Of a DNA stretch of 64,000 nt, positions 53,930 to 64,000 are shown piece after piece (position 1 is the stretch's first letter; every line of letters starts with the position of its first letter). Origin of the DNA: Octopus vulgaris (Eukaryota). The stretch lies in the NCBI GenBank assembly GCA_951406725.2, contig OX597830.1, forward strand, positions 20,398,001 through 20,462,000, in the 5' to 3' direction. The position numbers and the translations under genes are program-made. Under the pieces are notes generated by a model. The model had not been told where the DNA came from. It did not search any database and saw only the letters and a list, made by a program, of their open reading frames with translations.

Positions 53930-54610
53930 AATATGTCACAAACATACTTTAATTAATCAAAAATTTGTTTATACCTAATTAATCACTGCTTCACGTTGAT
54001 GCTGCTTGCTGTTTTTATTCCGGCAAAGCAGTGTACGAGCGCAACTTAGTCGCCGATTGTTTTTAGATAAAGCTACGATTTTGTTTTTGCCTTCGGTTAT
54101 CTCTATTTGCTATTATCCATTGAAGAAGGTTAAAGAGCCAGAAATGCCTCTGGGAATCCGGTACGGGAAGAGCGCTGCGGAGGTGGGGTATTTTTACACC
54201 TTATTACCATAAAAGAGAACATTTTTTTTTCTCCATGGTAACTGCAACGAATTTGCCTTTGGAAGCTGAAATGTGTCACAAATATATTTTAACTCACCTA
54301 AAGTTCGTTTATTCCTCATTACTTCTTGATTCTGGTGCAGCTGTTTTTATTCCTACCGGGCGGTCGATGAGCGCAATTCAGTCGCTAATGTTGAGTGCTT
54401 TGAGCTGAAGCTACGGCTTTGAATCTGTCCAGAGCATATCTCTCTCCGGTATTTCCCATCAAGGAAAGCTAAAGAGCCAGACACATCTGGGAATCAGGTA
54501 GGGTAAAGCACTGGGGAGGTAGGGTATTTTTTACATCTTATTGCCATAAGAGAGAATTTTTCCCCTCTACAATAATTGTAGTGAAGTTGCCTTTAGAAGT
54601 CAAAATATGT
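53930..54610. repeat. diverged tandem repeat, two units of about 340 bp
   Basis: TGTCACAAA.ATA.TTTAA..GCTGTTTTTATTCC..GAGCGCAA..AAAGAGCCAGA..CTGGGAATC.GGTA.GG..CCATAA..GAGAA occurs at about 53934 and about 54274. Confidence 0.75.
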
Positions 54611-54695
54611 GAATTTGATTGGCGGAAAATGTACAGAAGCTCGTAGAATACGCATGTCTGTGTGTGTGAGTGTGTGCGTGCGTGTGTGTGTGTGC

Positions 54696-54728
<33 letters not shown>

Positions 54729-54744
54729 AATCTTTATGTCCGAC

Positions 54745-56140
54745 TTTGTCCACCTACACGACTTGACACTCGGTCTTGGTTTGTTTACATCCCTGTAATT
54801 TAGTAGTTCGGCAAAAGACAACCGCTAGAATAAATGCCAGACTTGAATATAAGTACAGGGGTCGCCTTTTTATACTAAAACCGTTCATGGTGGTGCTCCA
54901 GCATGGCTGCAGTTCAGTGACTGAAACAGACAGATAACAAGATGCTTTCGAAGACCTTTCTTGGAATAAAAGTTTTAATATATTCCTCAAATGACGATTA
55001 ATTAATTACTTAATTAATTGAAGTATAAGGTCAAAAATGTTCGGGAGGTATGGCTGTGTGGTAAGAAGTTTGATTCCCAACGACATAGTCCTGGGTTCAG
55101 TCCCATTGTGCAAGACCCTGGACAAGTGTCCTCTACAATGGTTCCGGATCGACCAAAGCCTTGTGAGTGAATTTGGTGGAGGGGAAATGAAAGAGGCGCA
55201 TCATATCTTTTATCCGCTTCTTGTTTCGGACATTTAACTGCGGCCATGCTGGGACACCACCTTGAAGGGTTTTAGTCAACCAGCGAATCAACCCCCAGAA
55301 CATATTTTCTACTGCCTAGCATTTATTCTATCGGTCTGTTTTCCTGAATCACTAAGTTACGGGGACGCAAACACACCAACACCGGTTAACGAGCGGTGGG
55401 AATGGGACAAACACAGAGACAAAGACACACATACATATATGTGTCTGTGTGTGGAGGCGCAATGGCCCAGTGGTTAGAACTACGTTAAGGGTACACGTGT
55501 CTGTGGAGTGCTCAGCCACTTACACGCTAATTTCACGAGCAGGCTGTTCCGTTGATCGGATCAACCGGAACACTCGTCGTCGTAACCGACGGAGTGCTTC
55601 CAGAGCAGAGGATATGTGTCTGTGTGTGCGCGTGTGTGTGTGTGTGTGTGTGTGCACTTACACGCTAATTTCACGAGCAGGCTGTTCCGTTGATCGGATC
55701 AGCCGGAACACTCATCGTCGTAACCGACGGAGTGCTTCCAGAGCAGAGGATATGTGTCTGTGCGAGCGCGCGCGTGTGTGTGTGTGTGTGTGCATATACA
55801 CGGTGGGCTTCTTTCAGTTTCCATCTACCAAATCCACTCACAAGGCTTTCGTCGGCTCAGTGCTAGAAGACGGTTGCCCAAGGTGCCACACAATAGGACC
55901 GAACCTAGAACCATGTGGTTGGGAAGTTCTTACAACACAGCCGCCATATAAAGATGTGTATGTGTGTGTACGTGTGTGTGCGCGCATGCGTGTCCTTGTC
56001 TTTAGCCACCGCTTGACAACCAGCCGATAGAAGAAGAATCAGATTTTAAAAACTAAAAGTACTGAGGTCAATTCATTCGATCGGAATTCTTCAAGGCGAT
56101 GCCCCAGCATGGCCGCAGTCTAATGAATGAAACTAGTTAA
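54745..56140. mobile_element. cluster of SINE A fragments (both strands) and a SINE D-head/C-body chimera with a local duplication
   Basis: A tail 54745-54930, A head 55045-55200, A tail (-) 55210-55430, D/C chimera 55453-55600, duplicated segment 55656-55760, A head (-) 55800-55945, A tail 56000-56140. Confidence 0.75.
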
Positions 56141-56610
56141 AGAAATATATTTACGAAAATGAATGAATTGAATAAAAAAAAAAAATTTAATTACATAATT
56201 CAGTTGACGAAGAGCTGAGTTGTCTCCCTTTATTACGATTTAAAAAAACAAAATAATTTAGACTTCTTCAGACAATAAGCTAAGTTTCAACGCATATACA
56301 CTTGCAAGCACTCACGCGCGTTTGCACGTATAAACACACAAACACAAACACACACACACAAACACAGACACACATACGCACGCATACACACACATGCAAA
56401 TGCACACATACACACAGAGATACACACACACACACACATATGCATGCGTTTGCGAACACAAACACATACACAAAATCTCAAACGAAACGCGTTTATATAT
56501 GTATAAAGTGATCACGCACACATACGCACAAACACACACATACATACACTCACACACACGCACGTATATATACATGTATATAGACATATATAGATATACA
56601 TACACGCATG

Positions 56611-56648
<38 letters not shown>

Positions 56649-56763
56649 ACGTGTGTATGTATGTGTGCATATATATATGTATATATAATATGCATACATA
56701 TACACAACCTCACACACATATATATGCATGCACATATATCTATAATTATATATTATATTGACA

Positions 56764-56840
56764 AATGTTGCTGATGAATCATAGACAATTATGTAAGTAT
56801 AATCTGCATTTTGTTAATGAAGAAACAATTGTACAACATT
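56764..56840 (+). ncRNA. type-I hammerhead ribozyme, canonical core, predicted cut 56833/56834
   Basis: Reads AATGTTG-CTGATGA-A-TCAT...ATGA-A-GAAAC-AATT-GTA-CAACATT, with a 7-bp stem I and the palindrome ACAATTGT. Confidence 0.88.
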
Positions 56841-56854
56841 AATCCATTATTAAG

Positions 56855-56995
56855 TCAGTTGACAGCGGCCATACTGGAGCACCACCTTTAGTCGAGCAAA
56901 TCTATCCCAGGACTTATTCTTTGTAAACCTAGTACTTATTCTATCGTACTTTTTTTACCGAACCGCTATGTTACGGGGACGTAAACACACCAGTG
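56855..56995 (-). mobile_element. SINE family A 3' half
   Basis: Contains CTGGAGCACCACCTTTAGTCGAGCAAAT..TTACGGGGACGTAAACACACCAG. Confidence 0.85.
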
Positions 56996-57077
56996 TCCCC
57001 GGTTTTTTGTGCTAGGTCGCTTGGTGTTAAAATAAGGGTATTATTGAATTAATATCTATAATTTTATTCACCCTCAT

Positions 57078-57124
<47 letters not shown>

Positions 57125-57638
57125 TATATACACCTACAGGCTTAAACATATAAAAACATATATACATACTTTTTTTTTAAAGTAGAGGAAATAGCTAAGG
57201 TTCTTTGTCTGCTATTTCTAAACTTCCGTATGTGGTAAAGCAAATCTTTGCTGAACCCTATTATAAAGTATTACTTCAGTTTACTGTGAAATGGTCCTTT
57301 TTCATGCCGAATGCTACTTGGTGAAATTATTGATTACTTACAATTAATTGTAAGTAATCAATAATTGATTACTTACAATCAATATTGATTACTTACAATT
57401 AATTCATTTTACCTTTTGTTATTATTGATAATATAATTTTCTCCCTGATAATAAACTACAGATTTTTTTCTGTAGTATTTTACTTGACGACACACGCGAA
57501 TGGGCAGGGGAAGATGATGAACCTCATTCGTATATTTTAAATTCGGCGGTACTGGCGTTTAATATGATCTGTCTGGTACCGTTAGTTGGAGAGATATGTT
57601 CAGTTCTTCCAGTGCCTTCGAATTTAATATTGTGAAGT

Positions 57639-57721
57639 CCCATGCTGATGAAGAAAATGTTCGGGTAAAGTATAAATTAAACATTCTTTATACCGATCTA
57701 ATTCCGAAACGCGTACATGGG
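57639..57721 (+). ncRNA. type-I hammerhead ribozyme, canonical core, predicted cut 57715/57716
   Basis: Reads CCCATG-CTGATGA-AGAA..TCGG.TAAAG..CTTTA..CCGA..TTCC-GAAAC-GC-GTA-CATGGG, with a 6-bp stem I and the palindrome ACGCGT. Confidence 0.85.
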
Positions 57722-57756
57722 TAATCTAATATCGATTGATTTTCGTTATTTTTCTA

Positions 57757-58679
57757 CTGTCATACTTATATACATACACATTTACAGACAGACAATAGAC
57801 GCGTGTGTTTTTGTTCACGTGCATATATTTCTACGTACATTCACACACACACACACACACACACATCTCCATGTGCATAGACATTCATACATGCATGAAC
57901 AGAAATCTGCATGCAAATTTGTGTTAACATGACACCCTCTATGTGGACACTCAACCTGTTATAAGTAGTACCCAACACTCAATTTTTAAAATAAGCAGTA
58001 CCCAATAAATATAGTTTCGAAAAAATCGTCGCGATGTTCTCAGCTGGAACGTCTCTGACTATAGATCTTCACGTTCGGGATTGTCTTGGGTCTAAGCAAC
58101 AACGATAGGCCAAACATGCGCACACATGTGCATATGCACGTATGCATTGATTTATACAAATACACACACATGAGCGTCTGCCTACCATCGTACACACACA
58201 CACTTTATTGTTTGTATGTGCATGCCTGCGCATTTGTGTACGTCTGTGCACAGGTGTGTGTATGTGTAGGGAGAGGCATACACACACATGCTGAGACCCT
58301 TTTCGGCCATGAATGACCATGGGGTTGCACCTAGAAAGTTGCCCTCCCAGGCACAAGTCCGGGTAAGGTTGTTTTATGGAAGACCAGCAGTCGCCCATGC
58401 ACATCTCCGGACTTTGTTCTTTCCACCTGTCTGTCCATTAGCCACCATGTCGTTTGTTTCAAAAAGATCTTCCAGAAATATATTCAAAAGAAGCAGTTTA
58501 ACAGTTTATTCATAACATTTAATCACGCAATGGTCTATAGTACGAGCAACTGACGGCTAGTCTGGCACACTGAATTCAGCATCCGAAGTCCAGAACCTGA
58601 AACCTCGCCTACGAACTTAAGTGACAATTAAATTTTGCGTTTGTATGTGTGTGTGTGTGTGTGCATGCGCGCGCCTGTT

Positions 58680-58751
<72 letters not shown>

Positions 58752-58792
58752 CATGCAGACAGACTGACTGACTAACAGCTAGATAGACAGAG

Positions 58793-58856
<64 letters not shown>

Positions 58857-59831
58857 GGGTGTGTGCGTGTGTGGGTATGTGTGTGTGTGTATGGTGGACA
58901 ATGGCGCTGTCATACTTATATACATACACATTTACAGACAGACAATAGACGCGTGTGTTTTTCTTCACGTGCATATATTTCTACGTACATTCACACACAT
59001 ACACACATCTCCATGTGCATAGACATTCATACATGCATGAACAGAAATCTGCATGCAAATTTGTGTTAACATGACACCCTCTACGTGGACACTCAACCCG
59101 TTAGAAGTAGTACCCAACTCTCAATTTTTAAAATAAGAAGTCCCCAATAAATATAGTTTCGAAAAAATCGTCGCGATGTTCTCAGCTGGAACGTCTCTGA
59201 CTATAGATCTTCACGTTCGGGGTTGTCTTGGGGCTAAGCAACAACGATAGGCCAAACATGCGCACACATGTGCATATGCACGTACGCATTGATTTATACA
59301 AATACACACACATGAGCGTCTGCCTACCATCGTACACACACACACACACACACACTTTATTGTTTGTATGTGCATGCTTGCGCATTTGTGTACGTCTGTG
59401 CACAGGTGTGTGTATGTGTAGGGAGAGGCATACACACACATGCTGAAATGGGTCTCCGAAAGTTTCGACCATAAGTATTTAGTTGTCCCATCAATTGAAC
59501 TACTTAGTCATTGAATTAGCGTGTAAGTCCGGGAAGACCAGAAGTCGCCCATGCACATCTCCGGACTTTGTTCTTTGCACCTGTCTGCTTTCATTAGCCA
59601 CCATGTCGTTTGTTTCAAAAAGATCTTCCAGAAATATATTCAAAAGAAGCAGTTCAACAGTTTATACATAACGTTTAATCATGCAATGGTCTATAGTACG
59701 AGCAACTGACGACTAGTTTGGCACACCGAATTCAGCATCCGAAGTCCAGAACCTGAAACCTCGCCTACGAACTTAAGTGACAATTAAATTTTGAGTTTGT
59801 ATGTGTGTGTGTGTGCACGCGCGCGCCCATT

Positions 59832-59886
<55 letters not shown>

Positions 59887-59900
59887 ACAGACAGTCAGAC

Positions 59901-59947
<47 letters not shown>

Positions 59948-59955
59948 CAGGCAGC

Positions 59956-59990
<35 letters not shown>

Positions 59991-60079
59991 TAGCTAGATA
60001 GATAGATAGACATGCAGACAGACTGACTGACTGACAGATAGATAGACAGACAGACAGACTAACAGGCAGGCAGACAGAC

Positions 60080-60126
<47 letters not shown>

Positions 60127-60131
60127 CAGAC

Positions 60132-60210
<79 letters not shown>

Positions 60211-60230
60211 CAGATAGATAGACAGATATG
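57757..60230. repeat. tandem segmental duplication, start offset 1150 bp
   Basis: CTGTCATACTTATATACATACACATTTACAGAC starts at 57757 and 58907. The copies are colinear to their (GATA)n ends, except for 58295-58370 versus 59447-59525. Confidence 0.9.
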
Positions 60231-60279
60231 CATAAATGGGTCTCCGAAAGTTTCGACCATAAGTATTTAGTTGTCCCAT

Positions 60280-61194
60280 CCATGTGTTTCTAAACTAACT
60301 AGCCACCCCGAATGACACCCTCGAAGACAGTCATTTTGTTGAGGAATCAGCGTGACCTTGTCACCCAGCTTCACCCCTTGTCCAATCCTGAGCATCTTCA
60401 GCTACCCGTATAAATTGTTTCGTCCTGAATCATTGTACCCGGTTCTCTGTGGAGAAGAGGAATTTGAAGAAAGCCAGCAGCCAATGGCCGACCCTGGCCG
60501 CCATATTTCCTCGTCTTTGACCCATGACTTCACACTATAACCTCCATATTGATCATACTCTGTGCGTATGTGTATGCATGTTTTTATGGAAGCGCATGCG
60601 TGTGTATGTGTAAATGTATGTGCGTATGTGTGTATACATGTGTGTGCATGTATGTGTAGGTGTGTGATTGTATGCGTGTATGCATCTGTGCATGTGCATG
60701 TGTGTAAATGTATGAGTGCGAATGTGTGCATACATATCTGTGTATGCGTGTATGTGTGCGTGGAAGAGCGCGTGTGGTGTGTGTGTGTGTCTGCATGCAC
60801 GCGTGTATGTGTGCGAATGTGTGTATGTACATGTGTGCGTGTATGTGTGTGTACGTGTGTCTGTACGAGTGTGTGTGTGTGTATGTGTGTGTGTGTACGT
60901 GTGTCTGTATATGCACGCATGCGTATCCATGTGTTTCTAAACTAACTAGCCACCCCGAATGACACTCTCGAAGACAGTCTTTAGACTGCCTCCTTGTCAC
61001 CCAGCTTCACCCCTTGTCCAATCCTGCGCATCTTCAGCTACCCGTATAAATTGTTTCGTCCTGAATCATTGTACCCGGTTCTCTGTGGAGAAGAGGAATT
61101 TCAAGAAAGCCAAAAGCAGCCAATGGCCGACCCTGGCCGCCATATTTCCTCGTCTTTGACCCATGACTTCACACTATAACCTCCATATTGATCA
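60280..61194. repeat. about 270-bp direct duplication (60280-60554 and 60928-61194)
   Basis: CCATGTGTTTCTAAACTAACTAGCCACCCCGAATGAC...CCTCCATATTGATCA occurs twice, separated by (GT/AT) low-complexity sequence. Confidence 0.9.
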
Positions 61195-61209
61195 GGCTTT
61201 CCATCACCA

Positions 61210-61439
61210 TTAATTCTTGTTATTGTTGCTGTTGCTACTAATACGTTTATCGTCGTAGTCGTCGTTGTTGTTGTCGTTGTTGTTGTTATTGTTGTTGTTG
61301 TTGTTGCTATTGCCGTTGCCTTTGTTAAGTGCTATTGTTGCTAACGCCGACGTTGTTCGTATTGTTGTTAATATCGCCGTTCTTGTTGCTTTTGTCGTTG
61401 TTGCTGCTGTTCTTGTTGGTGCTAATGTTGTTGTTGTTG

Positions 61440-61503
<64 letters not shown>

Positions 61504-61515
61504 TATTATTATTAC

Positions 61516-61563
<48 letters not shown>

Positions 61564-61631
61564 TATTATTATTATTACCATTATCATTATTATTATTATC
61601 ATTATTATTATTATTATTACCATTATCATCA

Positions 61632-61674
<43 letters not shown>

Positions 61675-61727
61675 TATCATTATCATCATTATTATTATCA
61701 TTATTATCATCATTATTATTATCATTA

Positions 61728-61758
<31 letters not shown>

Positions 61759-61766
61759 TATTATTA

Positions 61767-61815
<49 letters not shown>

Positions 61816-62222
61816 CATCATTGTTGTTAATATCGTTGTTGTTGCTGTTAATTGTTGTTCTCAATGGCATCCTTTCGTGGCGGCTGCGGCTGTTGATGTC
61901 GTTGTTGTTGTTTTTGCTGTTCAGGGTATTCATACTGTAACTGCTTCCACCGCTGGTGCAGTTGTTATTGTTGTTGGTTCTTAGCATTATCACCGTGTTA
62001 ATTATTGCTGTTGCTGTTCTTCTTTCCCTCCTTTTCCTCATCCTCCTTTTGTTTTTGTTTATTTTGTTACTGTTGTTGTTGCCCACATTGTCATTGATGT
62101 TGTTGTTGCTGTTGCTCTGGGGGGGGTGTAGTTGTTGTTGTTGTTGTTGTTGCTGCTGCTGCTGCTGTTGTAGTTGTTGCTGTCGTCGTTGTCGTCGTTG
62201 CTATTGTTGTCGTCGTCGTCGG

Positions 62223-62253
<31 letters not shown>

Positions 62254-63075
62254 AGTGGTGATGGTGGTGGTGGTGGTGCTGGTGCTGGTGCTGGTGGTGG
62301 TTCTGGTGCTGGTGGTGGTGGTGGTGGTGCTGGTGGTGGTGTCGTCATTTATGTTGTCGAAAATGTAATTACCGCTGATGTTCTTGCCTGCAATGATCGA
62401 CGACATTCCAACCGCGACCGTCTCCTCTCCACTTTAAACAGTGCGTCAAGAAAAGATAAAAGATAACATCGCAGACCAATGAGACATACTTTAATCACTG
62501 GAGAATGTGGTCAGACAGAGTTTATGCTGCCATTTCTAGCACATTGACCAACCATCTAGAAGCCATCTTTTCTGGTCATGTGGCTTTCTTAGAACTACTT
62601 CTGTCATTACATAACAACTCTGTGGGTGTCGCTGCTGATGGTGGTTCTAGTGATGATGTCGATCGTAGCGCATCGTTGCTGTTGCATGTGGTGGTGGTGG
62701 TGGCTGTAGTGGCGTAGATGTTGATACTGTCATTGATGCTGTTGTTGTTGTTCTTCGTATTAGTGGTGGTGGTGGTGGTGGTGGTGGTGGTGGTGGTGGT
62801 GGTGGTGGTGGTGGTGGTGGTGGTGGTGTTCGCGGTCGTCGTTGCCGTCATTGGTGGTGGCCATGATGGTGGCCATGATGGTGGTGACCATGATGGTGGT
62901 GGCCATGATGGTGGTGATGGTGTATCGTTGTTGTTGTTCTTGGTGGTGGTGGTGGTGGTGGTGGTGGTGGTGGTGGTGGTGGTGGTGGTGGTGGTGGTGG
63001 TGGTGATGTGCCTATGTAATTGTTGTTGTTATTGTTGTTCTTCGAGTTGCTGCTGCTGCTGCTGCTACTGCTGCA
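61210..63075. repeat. trinucleotide low-complexity region (GTT, ATT, GGT)
   Basis: Direct reading. Confidence 0.9.
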
Positions 63076-63104
63076 TTTACCACTCCAATTCCGTTTAATG
63101 TTGC

Positions 63105-63310
63105 TACTGAGTAGTTGGAGACATTGCTTGCACACATGATCGTAAGATTGCAATTTCAATCCCTGAACCGGGCAGGGCGTTGTGTTCATGAGCAAAACTC
63201 CTCATTTCACATTGCCCCAGTCCACTGAGCCGGCAAAAATGAGTAATCCTGCGAGGGACCAGCGTGCCACCCAAGGGCAAAAATATATACCAGAGAATCC
63301 GGAAAACCAG
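63105..63310 (+). mobile_element. diverged SINE (family C-related head)
   Basis: Contains GATCGTAAGATT..TTCAATCCC..GCGTTGTGTTCATGAGCAA..ATTTCACATTGCCCCAGTCCACT..GGCAAAAATGAGT. Confidence 0.65.
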
Positions 63311-63967
63311 CCTTAAGCAACTATAGCTCGGGAAGGACTTTTGATTTCTTTTTATTAATGTTTATTATAATCATTGTTGTTGTTGTTATTATTATTATTA
63401 TTATTTGTGTCATTATTATTGAACTAGCCGAAATAAGATTAAGATTAATGTAAAAAATGAATAACGCTGAAGCAAAGAACACCAAATATATAGTGCGTGT
63501 GTTTTTATTGGCTAAACTGGCAAAATGACCATTCCTAAATACAACAATATTTGTTTCAACACACGATTTCACATCAAAAATCTTGCAAAACAAATATATA
63601 AAGGTAATAACATTGTTTGCAGCAAAGTGGACGCTGTGGTTTTAAACCGAGCTCTTTCAACGGCTAAATGGGAAAAGCGTATCTGATGGGCTTTCAACTC
63701 ATTTTTGGTCTAACAAATTTCACCGCTAGGGCTGATGGGATCCCAGGGTGCCACGGGATGAGATCGAACACGAAACTATGTTGTTGCGAAATGAATTTCT
63801 TCGGCTCGCCACCAAGTTTGTAGGCGATGACGACGACGACGGCGACGCTGATTCGAAGGGAACTTCTTAAACATATAATCTAATATTGTTATTGTTGTTG
63901 CTATTGATGATGTTGGTGGTGGTGGTGGTGGTGGTGGTGGTGGGGGTGGTGAGGATGATGATGATGG

Positions 63968-63999
<32 letters not shown>

Positions 64000-64000
64000 G

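Overview
AT-rich animal DNA with no recognisable host protein-coding exon. Nearly all ORFs in the track are microsatellite artefacts from (TA)n, (CA)n, (CATA)n, (GATA)n, (ATT)n, (GGT)n and (GAA)n. The repeat landscape resembles Octopus or other cephalopod intergenic/intronic DNA; this is inference from the SINE families and microsatellite load. The window holds at least five SINE-like families (about 40 copies or fragments). It also holds decayed non-LTR retrotransposons (Tx1/L1-like, RTE, CR1/L2-like, R4/R2-like RLE), Penelope-like GIY-YIG relics, an internally deleted mariner and a piggyBac-like fragment. The main result is a dense set of about 14 type-I hammerhead ribozyme motifs on both strands, from many unrelated small elements, several of which sit in (TA)n tracts. 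Many have a self-complementary (palindromic) stem/loop III that differs between families, and several carry a CCGAnGA (U4C) core. One young element (40346-41288) has a 549-nt repeat unit starting almost exactly at the predicted cleavage site, plus a 213-bp inverted arm. This fits a non-autonomous Penelope-dependent, retrozyme-like system that may produce circular RNA. Two SINE families share their 3' tails with LINE relics in the same window. All structures were read by eye; none was computed or tested.
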